Notes under the pieces: model-generated
Told to the model about the DNA's origin: nothing
Seen by the model: the letters and a program-made list of their open reading frames with translations, nothing else
Databases searched by the model: none
IMG/VR virus record: IMGVR_UViG_3300014208_000050
Coordinates: 1-55,554 of that record
Reading direction: 5' to 3' (one strand)
Source: a virus
Lineage: Duplodnaviria; Caudoviricetes
DNA length: 55,554 nt
Shown here: positions 16,999 through 26,726 of the stretch, piece by piece
How the letters are laid out: each line of letters begins with the position of its first letter
Numbering within the stretch: the first letter of the stretch is position 1
Translations under genes and position numbers: made by a program

Positions 16999-18069
16999 TT
17001 GGCCAGAATTGACCTCAAAAATCTGGATGTGACACTGCTTGATGGCCTTGCTGGCACTTGCGCAGCCAACAAGAAGACGAACGAAAAGCAAACGATCACT
17101 GTGACGGACGCAACGGGCGGCACGTTCACGGTGTCGTATGATAGCGTGGAGAGCGGCAACTTGCCGTACAACTTGACTCCCGCTCAGTTGCAAGCTGCGT
17201 TGGAAGGTCTCATCTCGGTCGGTGAAGGCAACATGAGTGTCACCGGCACGGCTGGTGTCTCTTATGTGTGCGAGTTCATCGGCACGTTGGCTCAGACCAG
17301 TCTTGCCTTGATGGTCATTGACGACACGTTGGTCACGGGCGGGGCAGGTGTTGAAGTGACGATTGCCGAGACGGTGGACGGTGGAACTGGCTCGGCTCCG
17401 GTCGCCACCGACACCAGTCTGTCTGTCACCACTGTGGTGACGAATGAAGACATTACCACGGTGATCCCTGTAGGTGCTCGCTTCACGATAGCAGGCGAAG
17501 CGGCTGCGACGGTTCATGTTGTCACGGCACGGACACCGAGCACGTTCCCGGCGACCGCAGCCACGACTGCCATTACGTTCAGTCCCGCTCTGGGTGCCCC
17601 GACGACTTCGTACTCGACCGGTGCTGTGCTGACGTTTGCTCCGCAAGAGGTGGAAGTCAAGATCGGCGAAGGCGACTTGAAGTACAGCGAGGCCGATCAG
17701 TACAAGTATGACCTCGATCGAGGTCTGCTTGATACGGTTCGTAAGGGTGACGACGTGCCGATGGATGTGTCACTTAATTGCACGTTTGACCAAGTAAAAT
17801 CCGGCACCGGCGAGGTGATTACCCCGATTGAAGCGTTCAAAGGAACTGGTAATGCTTCTGAGTGGGTCAGTTCGTCTGCCGATCCGTGTGAGCCGTATTG
17901 TATTGACATTCGAGTCGATGATGTGCGTCCTTGCGGCGCAACAAACTCGCGGACGTATCTGTTCCCGGACTTCCGCAGTGAGAAGCGGGATTATGATTTC
18001 AAGAACGCTGCCATTGCCGTGTCCGGCAAGTGCAACGCCTTGGAACCGACCATCACGGTCAACGAGTAG
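16999..18069 (+). CDS. major tail tube protein with inserted domains
   Basis: TTG start after GGGAG RBS; precedes tail chaperone; contains one copy of the NExQT domain. Confidence 0.8.
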   Translation: MARIDLKNLDVTLLDGLAGTCAANKKTNEKQTITVTDATGGTFTVSYDSVESGNLPYNLTPAQLQAALEGLISVGEGNMSVTGTAGVSYVCEFIGTLAQTSLALMVIDDTLVTGGAGVEVTIAETVDGGTGSAPVATDTSLSVTTVVTNEDITTVIPVGARFTIAGEAAATVHVVTARTPSTFPATAATTAITFSPALGAPTTSYSTGAVLTFAPQEVEVKIGEGDLKYSEADQYKYDLDRGLLDTVRKGDDVPMDVSLNCTFDQVKSGTGEVITPIEAFKGTGNASEWVSSSADPCEPYCIDIRVDDVRPCGATNSRTYLFPDFRSEKRDYDFKNAAIAVSGKCNALEPTITVNE

Positions 18070-18082
18070 TTTGAATGGTACT

Positions 18083-18116
18083 CCACCTAACCCGGTTGGC
18101 AAGCCGGGTTAGGTGG
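18083..18116 (+). terminator. hairpin after tail tube gene
   Basis: CCACCTAACCCGGTT ... AGCCGGGTTAGGTGG. Confidence 0.65.
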
Positions 18117-18140
18117 CCACTTTGCAAAGGGAGATTTACT

Positions 18141-18611
18141 GTGAAAATTGGCGGAATTGATCCTCGAACATTACCTACCGAAGAGACTCTTGTTCTTCCT
18201 CGCGGCGATCAGATGATGGTCTTTCGAGCAACTGGCTTGCGAGACATGGAAGAGTTCAATCGCCTCTGCCCGGAACCCATTTGCCCCAAGAAGCTGACCA
18301 AGGATGGCACAGTCGCGGACACCGAAGACCCGGACTACAAGGCCGCATGTGTCGGATACGGCAAGCGTCGTTGGGGGTACATCGCGGTCCATTCTCTGGC
18401 TCCGAGCAATATCGAGTGGGATACGGTTCAACTCGATAACCCCTCAACGTGGTCCAACTACGAAGATGATCTGAAGAACGCTGGTCTGTTGGCGTCTGAG
18501 ATTCTCCGGGTTAATGGCCTCGTGATCGAAGCCAATTGCTTGGATGAAGCGAAACTTCAACAGGCGCGACTTTCTTTTCTTCGTGGGATGGCAACGAAGC
18601 AGGCCACATAG
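18141..18611 (+). CDS. tail assembly chaperone (G-like)
   Basis: GTG start with GGGAGA RBS; between tail tube and tape measure. Confidence 0.8.
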   Translation: MKIGGIDPRTLPTEETLVLPRGDQMMVFRATGLRDMEEFNRLCPEPICPKKLTKDGTVADTEDPDYKAACVGYGKRRWGYIAVHSLAPSNIEWDTVQLDNPSTWSNYEDDLKNAGLLASEILRVNGLVIEANCLDEAKLQQARLSFLRGMATKQAT

Positions 18612-18808
18612 TCTGGCCAGACTACAGGACCGCGAAATATGCCATCTGGAAGGCGTGTTTGCGGGTAGGTATTCGACCGCCAGGGTTGCCGTCCCGTTGG
18701 GAAGATTGTGAAGCGGTCATGCAAGCCGAGATTATTGCATTCAATCAATTGTGTGAACATGATGACCAAGAGCAGGCAGCAGTGTTAGCTGGAGTGAAAT
18801 GCACCTGA
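18575..18808 (+). CDS. -1 frameshift extension of tail chaperone (GT-like)
   Basis: open -1 frame from CTTTCTTTTCTT encoding ...VWPDYRTAKYAIWKACLRVGIRPPG...KCT; fills the gap to the next gene. Confidence 0.75.
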   Translation, partial: FSSWDGNEAGHIVWPDYRTAKYAIWKACLRVGIRPPGLPSRWEDCEAVMQAEIIAFNQLCEHDDQEQAAVLAGVKCT

Positions 18809-19314
18809 CAGCCAGTTTCAAAACGCCGAAAGTTGACTTCGCAAAGTTCCGACAAGCTTTGCACGACCAACTAGCTGAGACACTTGCTCAGGCAGGCATG
18901 AAGTACCTGATGGCTACGGCTGAGACGCTGCCAACGTGGAGCGGGGCATCGAGAGCAACATTTACACCACTTGCGAGTCATGTTGGATTCGTACTCTCGA
19001 TCGCTCCTGTGGCAATCAGTCGGATTGACCTCGGCGCTGAACTAGGTAATGCGACATTTGATGCGGGCGAGACGGACCCAAGTCTCTACACCTTCAGCTA
19101 CGAAACGACGCTGCCGCACCTGATCGTGAATGAGTATCACAACACCAATACGTTCATCAATCCGGCAAACGGCAAGCCGTATTTTCATTTGAAGAATCCA
19201 GGCCCTTATCACTTTCAGAGTAAGGGTGAGAAAGCGTTTCGAGACTTTGCGAGTGAAGTTGTTCTTCCTGGTTGGGGTTCGATCCTCGATTGGGTTCAGA
19301 TAACGGTGAACTAA
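18799..19314 (+). CDS. putative neck/tail completion protein (HK97 gp10-like)
   Basis: LPTWSGASRA resembles the PVxTGxLR motif; PHLIVNEY. Confidence 0.5.
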   Translation: MHLTASFKTPKVDFAKFRQALHDQLAETLAQAGMKYLMATAETLPTWSGASRATFTPLASHVGFVLSIAPVAISRIDLGAELGNATFDAGETDPSLYTFSYETTLPHLIVNEYHNTNTFINPANGKPYFHLKNPGPYHFQSKGEKAFRDFASEVVLPGWGSILDWVQITVN

Positions 19315-22300
19315 TGCCCGACAAAATCGAACAGACACTCGGCTTCAACGTATCGCAAGCATTGGCTGCGCTGGACCAGTTGGATGCGAAGTTTGCAGGT
19401 TTCGGCCAGCAGCTTAGCTCTGTGGCAACCAGAATCAGTGCTTTCAACGTGAGTTCCAGTGGGACCGTAGCAGCGTTGAGTAAGATTGCTGCGCAAGCCG
19501 AGTCCACGGCCGCTTCGTTGTCCAAGTTAGGCTCGAAGAGTATCTCCGTGGACTCCATGCTCGGTATCGGTAAAGTCACGGAGCAAGTCAAGAACTTCCA
19601 AGACGCCGCTCGATTAGGCACATCGACTTACGGCAATGCTCTGTCGGTAATGGACAGCCAAGGTAAGACTGTCAACAAGACGCTTGATGACATGAACAAG
19701 CGGACGCAAAGCGTCACCCTGTCTTGGCAGACGTTCGCTCGCGTCATGCAGACTCAGGCGTTGATTCGCGGGTTCAACATGCTGCGAAACGCCGTGCAAG
19801 AGGCGTATGCGTCGTTCCATGAGTTCTCGAAGCAAGTCGGCGAAATCCAAGCCATTAACCCAGAGCGAAGTTTCGGTCAAATTGCGGCCGAAGTTCGTCA
19901 ACTGTCCGACGCCTTCAATCAGCCAATATCAAGGGTTGCGGAGGCTCAATACCAGACGATCTCCGATCAGTTCGTTTCGCTGGCCCAACGCACCGACATC
20001 CTTACGGCTGCAAATAAGCTAGCCAAGATCACTGTCAGTGATTTAGCGGACACGTCTCAACTGTTGACCGGAGCATTGAACGCTTACGGTGAGTCGTCCG
20101 AGATGGCAGAGTTTCGGGCGGCACAGTTTTTCACGACGATCAACTTAGGTCGGTTACGTGCCGGTGAGTTGGGGACCGCCCTGGGTCGCGTACAGTCCAT
20201 TGGTCACGAACTTGGTGTGAGCATGGAGGAGCTACAGGCTTCTCTCATCAGCATCACGATTGGTGGCGTTCGGTCCAACGAAGCTGCCACTCAACTCCGG
20301 GGCGTGTTGTCTGCGTTGATGAAGCCCACGGTCGAGATGTCGAGTGCGTTCCAGAAGATGGGTGTGAGTTCTGGTACTGCGGCGGTTGCAACATTCGAGT
20401 TGCAAGGAACTCTTGCTAAGTTGTGGGAGATTTCCGGCAAGACCGTCGAAGGCATGTCGAAGTTCTTCCCCAACATCCGGGGTGATGCCGGTGCGTTGCG
20501 AATGGCTGCCGAGGGTGCTCAGAAATACAAAGAAGGATTGGATGCCTTGCGCAGCCAGAACATGGCTACGTTGGCGAAGCCGTTTGAAGCGTTCAAGGCC
20601 ACCGATGCTGAGAAGTTGAACGCCGAGTTGAACAAACTCAAGAACTTTATGACGGCTGAGTTTGGTGCAAAACTCGTTGGTCAGTTGAACACGGTAGTTC
20701 AAGTCTTGGGGGGTGGCAACGGTTTGACCGGCGTGTTGCGGATGGTAACGGGTGAGTTGCCTCTTGTAGCGGCGGGTGTGGCAGCAGTTACGATAGCCAT
20801 GAGTCGGCTTGCGTTGGCTTCCGAAGCTACGACGGCTACCGTTATTGGCGGGTTTGGTAAGCAAGCAACGGCTTCGATTCTAACCAGTCTCACCAAGATT
20901 GATTGGTCAATCCAGAACAACATCAAATCATTAGCTAGTTTGCGTGGAGCGATTGGCCTGATCGCCGGCATTGAACTGGCCCGTGGTGCCGGCCTGATGC
21001 TTGGCGACAAACTTGATAAATGGCTGACGAATGCTGACCAAGTTGAAGAGGCTATCGCCAACTTGGACAAGTACGTTGACGTAAACAAGCAGAAGACGCA
21101 AGCGGTCATTCGGCTCAAGCAAGGTGAGTCCGACGAGTTGATGCGGCTGGTACGTCAGCAGGTAGCTGCCAATAGCGTCGAGTATTTGAAAGATGCTGAC
21201 AACTTTGGCAAGGCTGTAAAGATTCAGGAAAAGGTCATGCAAACGGCCTTTGATCGAATCATGCAGGGTCGGCAGAAGCTCACGCAAGATTTGCGAGCAG
21301 CCTCCGAGGCTGCGGCTAAGAACGCAGCGGACGTGCCTGACCGCCAAGCTCAACTTCGCCTACAGTCAGGTGATCTCAGGTTCAATCAGCAAGCCGAGCG
21401 ATTTGACGCCGCTGGTCAGTACATGATGTACCTAAAGCGGTTCCGTGAAGCCGAGGTTGAGTTTGCGCGACTACAAGGTGCGGCTACGGACGATCGCGGC
21501 CAGAAACTCGCGGACGCCGCTAAGCAACGTGCCGAGTCATATTTGCAACTCGCTCAAGGCGCAGCTAAGGCGACGGGGGCCGAGAATCTCAAACGGCAGT
21601 CCGAAGACCTGTCCATTGAACTGCTCAACAAGCATGACGAAGCTCTTTCTAAGTTCCAGAAAACTCAGGATAGGGTGTCCCGTGAGACAGCGGCCCGAGC
21701 CAATGAAGCGGAAAAACATAACTTCGAGCTTGAGGCGGATCGACTTGCGATTGAAGCAAAGTACAACGCTTTCACCAAAGACAAGAATGGCGAGCTAGTG
21801 CGCAAGAGCGACAGTTCGCTTCAGAAGGATTTGGCGGAAGGCGACCGGATGCTCGAAGCGTTCGCCCGCAAGTGGGCTGGCTTCAACCAGCAGGACTTCT
21901 TGAAGAACTTCGCAGGCGACTCCAAAGCGTTCTCTGAGATCAAGCGTCAGGCAATGCGTCAGCTTGAGGGCTTCGACATCAAGCAACTGACCGTCTCGTC
22001 ATCAGCAATATCGTCGATGGCTAAGAACCTCCAAGACCAATTGGACAGGTTGACGCTCAAGGCTCCGATTCTGGGAGTTCTGAAAGGCATAACGAAAGAC
22101 GACATTTCGAGCGTCGGTGTTGACAAGTTTATGACTTCGGCTGGTGACACGCTGAAGAAGGCAATTGAACAGACTGCCAAGCGTGAGGAGTTTACTAAGG
22201 ATGCGAAGAACGCTTTAGAGTTGTATAGGGGCTCTCGTGAGTCTATATCGAAAGAGTTGCTGAATCCAAATCCGACACCAAACTTATCCAATATTGGTGA

Positions 22301-23084
22301 CAAGAACTGGAAGAGCAATATGCTTGACGCCCGCTCGGCCGTCTTGATGTTCCTCACAACGATGGACCAGTTGAGTCAGAAAACCAACATTACACAAGAG
22401 GAGATGAAGAAGCTATCACAAGCGGCGGGGGCTCTGGGCAAAGATAACGCTTTCAAACGTGCTTTAGGCATCGCGGGCGGGGCAAATCTTGAAGGCGAAG
22501 TCACAAAGATGTTGGCTGCTTTGAAGCAGTGGCAAACCGCTCAACAAGGTTTGAAAGACAACAAGCCGGTTGATCCTGCTGTACAGAAACAGATTGAGAA
22601 CTTGAAGCCTGCTCTCGATGGCGGGGCCAATGCCTCTCAGAGGATGAAGGATTCTCTATCGAGTACGTCCATGCTCGACTACTCAGCCTTGACAGCGCAG
22701 ATCAACGCCGCTGTGGACGCAATGTCGCGCCTGGCGCAAGCCGCCTACACGGTCCCTAGCATGCAAGCCGCTGCCAGTGGCGGGATGATGCGTTACTTGG
22801 CTGGAGGCGGCAACGTCGGGACGGATACGGTCCCTGCCATGCTGTCTCCCGGTGAATTCGTGGTCAACGCTGGGGCAACGAAGAAATGGTACTCGCAACT
22901 GGTTGCTCTCAACGCTGGAATGCAGCCAGCGTATCGCAGCCAAGGCGGAAGCACAACCAACGCAGGAATCGTCGGTGACGTAACAGTGAACGTCAACGGT
23001 GGGGCAGACAAGCAAGTCGGCAGAAAGATCGTAAGAGAAATTAACCGAGAGATTCGGCGGGGCTCGTCCCGCCTCAGAAACTAA
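19314..23084 (+). CDS. tail tape measure protein
   Basis: ~1256 aa, helical; TP901-type core (LTGALNAYG, EAATQLRGVLSALMKP); C-terminal GTDTVPAMLSPGEFVVN. Confidence 0.93.
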   Translation: MPDKIEQTLGFNVSQALAALDQLDAKFAGFGQQLSSVATRISAFNVSSSGTVAALSKIAAQAESTAASLSKLGSKSISVDSMLGIGKVTEQVKNFQDAARLGTSTYGNALSVMDSQGKTVNKTLDDMNKRTQSVTLSWQTFARVMQTQALIRGFNMLRNAVQEAYASFHEFSKQVGEIQAINPERSFGQIAAEVRQLSDAFNQPISRVAEAQYQTISDQFVSLAQRTDILTAANKLAKITVSDLADTSQLLTGALNAYGESSEMAEFRAAQFFTTINLGRLRAGELGTALGRVQSIGHELGVSMEELQASLISITIGGVRSNEAATQLRGVLSALMKPTVEMSSAFQKMGVSSGTAAVATFELQGTLAKLWEISGKTVEGMSKFFPNIRGDAGALRMAAEGAQKYKEGLDALRSQNMATLAKPFEAFKATDAEKLNAELNKLKNFMTAEFGAKLVGQLNTVVQVLGGGNGLTGVLRMVTGELPLVAAGVAAVTIAMSRLALASEATTATVIGGFGKQATASILTSLTKIDWSIQNNIKSLASLRGAIGLIAGIELARGAGLMLGDKLDKWLTNADQVEEAIANLDKYVDVNKQKTQAVIRLKQGESDELMRLVRQQVAANSVEYLKDADNFGKAVKIQEKVMQTAFDRIMQGRQKLTQDLRAASEAAAKNAADVPDRQAQLRLQSGDLRFNQQAERFDAAGQYMMYLKRFREAEVEFARLQGAATDDRGQKLADAAKQRAESYLQLAQGAAKATGAENLKRQSEDLSIELLNKHDEALSKFQKTQDRVSRETAARANEAEKHNFELEADRLAIEAKYNAFTKDKNGELVRKSDSSLQKDLAEGDRMLEAFARKWAGFNQQDFLKNFAGDSKAFSEIKRQAMRQLEGFDIKQLTVSSSAISSMAKNLQDQLDRLTLKAPILGVLKGITKDDISSVGVDKFMTSAGDTLKKAIEQTAKREEFTKDAKNALELYRGSRESISKELLNPNPTPNLSNIGDKNWKSNMLDARSAVLMFLTTMDQLSQKTNITQEEMKKLSQAAGALGKDNAFKRALGIAGGANLEGEVTKMLAALKQWQTAQQGLKDNKPVDPAVQKQIENLKPALDGGANASQRMKDSLSSTSMLDYSALTAQINAAVDAMSRLAQAAYTVPSMQAAASGGMMRYLAGGGNVGTDTVPAMLSPGEFVVNAGATKKWYSQLVALNAGMQPAYRSQGGSTTNAGIVGDVTVNVNGGADKQVGRKIVREINREIRRGSSRLRN

Positions 23085-23098
23085 CCTGGGAGATTGAT

Positions 23099-23578
23099 AT
23101 GTTGAAGCTAAAGGGTAAGTTCCATGCCCAGCACGTTCGTGCGGGCAAAGTTATTGCTGAGTACGACTTCCCCAACGGGATCGTCGATGAAGGCTTGAAT
23201 CACATTCTTGACACTGAGTTCCACGGCGGGGCTGCCGTTGCAACGTGGTATATCGGTCTTGTTGATAACGCAGGTTGGACCGCGTTTGCTAACGCCGACG
23301 TGATGAACAATCATGCAGGTTGGATTGAGTGCGCGGACTACGATGAAACTGACCGACCGGCGTGGACTGAAGGAGCAGCGGCGGCTAGGTCAATGACGAA
23401 CTCCGTGACGGTGGACTTCAGCATCAACGCAACTGTCACGTTGAAGGGTATCTTCATCACGAGTAGCCTGACTAAGGGCGGCGCGTCCGGGGTGTTGTGG
23501 TCCACGGGTGCGTTTGGATCGACCGTTCCATTGAACGGAGGTGACAGTCTTAAGGTCACGTATACAATTAGTGGTTGA
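23099..23578 (+). CDS. minor tail/structural protein
   Basis: NGIVDEG, WYIGLV, GDSLKVTY beta-rich motifs; GGGAGA RBS. Confidence 0.7.
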   Translation: MLKLKGKFHAQHVRAGKVIAEYDFPNGIVDEGLNHILDTEFHGGAAVATWYIGLVDNAGWTAFANADVMNNHAGWIECADYDETDRPAWTEGAAAARSMTNSVTVDFSINATVTLKGIFITSSLTKGGASGVLWSTGAFGSTVPLNGGDSLKVTYTISG

Positions 23579-23593
23579 TCTCCCTTTGCCAAC

Positions 23594-23630
23594 CCGTTGG
23601 TCGAGTAGGACATAACTACTCGACCAACGG
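23594..23630 (+). terminator. 15-bp perfect hairpin between tail genes
   Basis: CCGTTGGTCGAGTAG-gacataa-CTACTCGACCAACGG. Confidence 0.6.
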
Positions 23631-23640
23631 TTCATATATC

Positions 23641-24663
23641 ATGTTGCTTTGGATAGATAGCTTTGCTTCCTACGGAGCGATCGGCGCTGCCAACCCATCA
23701 GGGGTATTGTCGCGCAAATATCCTACAGGGAACTCCTCAAGCATCGTTATTGCGGCGGGCAGGCCGGGTGGGCTAGCGATCGACTTTAATACCACTGGGT
23801 ACACAAGCGGTTTCGGGTCTCCTTCGCTCACGGCCGTAGATACAGTCGTCTTAGGCTTTGCTGCAAAGTTCGATGTCTTACCGGCAGCCTATACGTTTTG
23901 CTCTTTATACGACGGGGCGAACCGGAATGTGAAGTTTGTTTTACTGGACACGGGCGAGATTACAGTTGTCAATGACGACAGCACGACACTCGGCACAACC
24001 AGCGGCGCTGGTATAACGACGGGTACGTGGCAGTACGTGGAGATAAAAGTAAAAACTCACGTCTCTGCTGGGACTATCGACATTCGTGTCAATGAGATAC
24101 CTGTTCTGTCCGCTACCGGGAAAAAAACGAAGTGCCACTCGAACTCGTACAGTGATGTCTTTGGCTTTGGCGGTATAGACGGAACCCACTTTTGTCTAAC
24201 TGATTTGTACTTTCTTGACACAAGTGGAACTGCAAACAATAACTTCCTGGGCAATATGCAGGTAACGTGCGTTCGACCAAACTCGGCGGGCAGTTCTACT
24301 CAGTTTACGCCTGACAGCGGAAGCAACTACTCCCGCGTGAATGAAGCTGTATGTGGCGACAACAGTAATTATGTTGAGGGCTCCACGCCGGGGCACAAAG
24401 ACCTGTATAACTATGAAGCTGTGCCTCCGGCTAATATCTACGGCGTCATGGCTTGTACTGATTGCCGGGAAACGGATGCTTCACCTTTTTCTCTAGTGAC
24501 AGTTTGCAAGTCTGGGGCAACGGAAAGCAACGATTCGGCCCAGTCAATAGGCACGACGGACTTTGTGACAAAAGTTAGGGTGATCGAGAACGATCCTAAT
24601 ACAAGTGCGGCGTGGTCGAAAACCAACTTGGATGCTGCACAGTTTGGGGTGAAAGTTGCTTAG
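23641..24663 (+). CDS. tail protein with concanavalin/LamG-like beta-sandwich
   Basis: MLLWIDSF start; WQYVEIKV...GTIDIRVN, DLYFLD, QFGVK. Confidence 0.7.
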   Translation: MLLWIDSFASYGAIGAANPSGVLSRKYPTGNSSSIVIAAGRPGGLAIDFNTTGYTSGFGSPSLTAVDTVVLGFAAKFDVLPAAYTFCSLYDGANRNVKFVLLDTGEITVVNDDSTTLGTTSGAGITTGTWQYVEIKVKTHVSAGTIDIRVNEIPVLSATGKKTKCHSNSYSDVFGFGGIDGTHFCLTDLYFLDTSGTANNNFLGNMQVTCVRPNSAGSSTQFTPDSGSNYSRVNEAVCGDNSNYVEGSTPGHKDLYNYEAVPPANIYGVMACTDCRETDASPFSLVTVCKSGATESNDSAQSIGTTDFVTKVRVIENDPNTSAAWSKTNLDAAQFGVKVA

Positions 24664-26239
24664 AGTCACACGACAATATGTCGATGTTTTGATTAGCGTA
24701 CCGCTCCCCTCGTCAGTCTATAAGGACTACGTGGATGCGTTGACGTTTACGGAGACTATTGATGAGTCAAGCTCATTCGGAGCGAGTGATTCGTTAGGTG
24801 TCTCGCAGACGGTCGCTGTCCAGCTTGACTTGACACTAACGCCATCTGATGTGTTGGCTTTTGAGCAAACGATTGAAGTTCATTCGCCGGTGTGGCGAAC
24901 GGTCGAGCATAGTCTTGGTTTGTCAGATTCACTTCAAGCCAAGTACCCCTATCGTTTATCGGTTGGTGATACGCTTGAGTTTGTTGACGAAATCGCGGGA
25001 CAAAGGTTCTTAAACGGTGTTGTATCCGACCAACTTAGCTTTTCGGACGTGGTTGCCCGATCAGTTCAGGTTGACATAGCTGATAGTCTCGCCCTCACCG
25101 ATGAGGGCTTGAAACGCGATACATCCGAATCGGTTATTGCGTTCACCGAGTCGATAGAAGTAGGCAAGGGTGGCGATGTCGATGACAGTGTTGTCCTCAT
25201 ACAGACAGTTGGCTTGGAGCTAGACCTTGTACGCAGCTTAAGCGACGGCTTGAGTATTACACAAGCTGTCACGTACCTAGTCACCGGAAGGCGGTTTGAT
25301 CGACAATACTGCCCGTTTGTCGGTGAAGGCTCATTAGTTTCCGAGACACTGACAAGTCCGTTAAACGAGATTACGGCTCCGTTCCAGTTGGTCTATCCGG
25401 CAGCCGGGGCAGTCACCGATTCAGTTACACTTCGGGCACCCGAGTTTGGCAACAAAGACAGATTAGCGTTCAACCGGATCGTGCGTGAGACTCGTGGCGG
25501 AACATTGGTTGTCTTTGCAGACCCAATGTGGCCTAAGATTCAAACCCTCGTGCTGACATTCACGGCTCTACGCGGACCTGAGAAAGAAGACCTACTTGAT
25601 TTCATCAATGATTACGTTGGCCAGGAAATCGGCTTGATTGACTGGGAGAAGCGTTACTGGCGAGGTGTGGTCAATCCCGACGTGCAAGCGATAGAAGACT
25701 CATGGAACAGTTATACCGTTAATCTTGAGTTTGACGGGGAATTGGACCCGACTTGGGCTTCACAAGTCATCCCTGTAATACCGGGCACACCCCGGCGTCG
25801 AGTCAGCCCGTCGCACGGTGCCGTACCTGATCCTTTGGAGCCCGTGCCACCTGTGGAACCGACTTCGGACGTGTATACAGCGGAGAGTGATGACACGATT
25901 GTCGCCGGTCAGCCGGTGTATATCAAATCAACTGGACACGCAGCCTTGTCGGCTGCCACATCCGGCTCGTTATCGGCGGCTGTCGGCTTTGCGACGACTG
26001 CTGCGAATCCGACGTTTACAGTTGACTATGTGACGGAGGGCAAACTGACTCTGACGGATTGGACCGCTGTTATTGGGGCAGCTACGTTGGTGCCAGGAAG
26101 TGCTTACTACCTGTCCGCCACGTCGGGACAAATCACAACAACACCGCCATCAGGGGCGGGGCAATACGTGGTTCGCTTGGGGCGGGCTACTTCGACATTA
26201 ACTTTGGATATAGAAATTGAACCCTCAGTGAGGTTGTAA
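24656..26239 (+). CDS. multidomain tail protein (acidic repeats, Dit-like domain, cement-like C-terminus)
   Basis: repeated D.L..SD units; RETRGG...LVLTF...LIDWEKRYWRG; C-terminus paralogous to the next gene. Confidence 0.65.
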   Translation: MLRVTRQYVDVLISVPLPSSVYKDYVDALTFTETIDESSSFGASDSLGVSQTVAVQLDLTLTPSDVLAFEQTIEVHSPVWRTVEHSLGLSDSLQAKYPYRLSVGDTLEFVDEIAGQRFLNGVVSDQLSFSDVVARSVQVDIADSLALTDEGLKRDTSESVIAFTESIEVGKGGDVDDSVVLIQTVGLELDLVRSLSDGLSITQAVTYLVTGRRFDRQYCPFVGEGSLVSETLTSPLNEITAPFQLVYPAAGAVTDSVTLRAPEFGNKDRLAFNRIVRETRGGTLVVFADPMWPKIQTLVLTFTALRGPEKEDLLDFINDYVGQEIGLIDWEKRYWRGVVNPDVQAIEDSWNSYTVNLEFDGELDPTWASQVIPVIPGTPRRRVSPSHGAVPDPLEPVPPVEPTSDVYTAESDDTIVAGQPVYIKSTGHAALSAATSGSLSAAVGFATTAANPTFTVDYVTEGKLTLTDWTAVIGAATLVPGSAYYLSATSGQITTTPPSGAGQYVVRLGRATSTLTLDIEIEPSVRL

Positions 26240-26241
26240 TC

Positions 26242-26724
26242 ATGGCTTTGAAGAAACCACTTGTGTTAAACGGCGGGCAGATCGAACAAATCCAGGCGGG
26301 AGATACGCTGGATGCCTCGGCGAATGAGGTCGATGTTGCCACGATGACGAATGCCAACGCTGGGGCCATTGTTATCGGGACTCCGGTGTATGTGTCAGTT
26401 GCCGGATCGGTAGATAAAGGTCAAGCGGATGCTGCTGGTACGGTTCAACTTTTAGGTCTTGTAAAGACCGTCTCAATTGCCGCAGCAGGCAGCGGATCAA
26501 TCCAGACAGACGGCGTGCTTAGTGCCACAACGGCACAATGGGACGCCGTGACCGGGGAGGTAGGCGGTCTGACAGCAGGAACACCTTACTACCTGGACCC
26601 GACTACCGCTGGTTCATTGACGGACACAGCACCAACAACGGCTGGGCAGTTTGTAGTGCGTGTTGGTTTGGCATTGAGCACGACTGACTTGGACATCACT
26701 CTACAACCTCCGATGAAACTGTAA
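26242..26724 (+). CDS. capsid-cement/DUF2190-like structural protein
   Basis: IVIGTPVYV, LTAGTPYYLD, GQFVVRVGLALS. Confidence 0.65.
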   Translation: MALKKPLVLNGGQIEQIQAGDTLDASANEVDVATMTNANAGAIVIGTPVYVSVAGSVDKGQADAAGTVQLLGLVKTVSIAAAGSGSIQTDGVLSATTAQWDAVTGEVGGLTAGTPYYLDPTTAGSLTDTAPTTAGQFVVRVGLALSTTDLDITLQPPMKL

Positions 26725-26726
26725 TC

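Noticed and set aside
8553-21353. Long antisense ORFs such as 8553..9299, 12624..13418, 13894..15000 and 16900..17646
   Set aside because: They shadow well-supported plus-strand genes and lack motifs, as expected from codon bias
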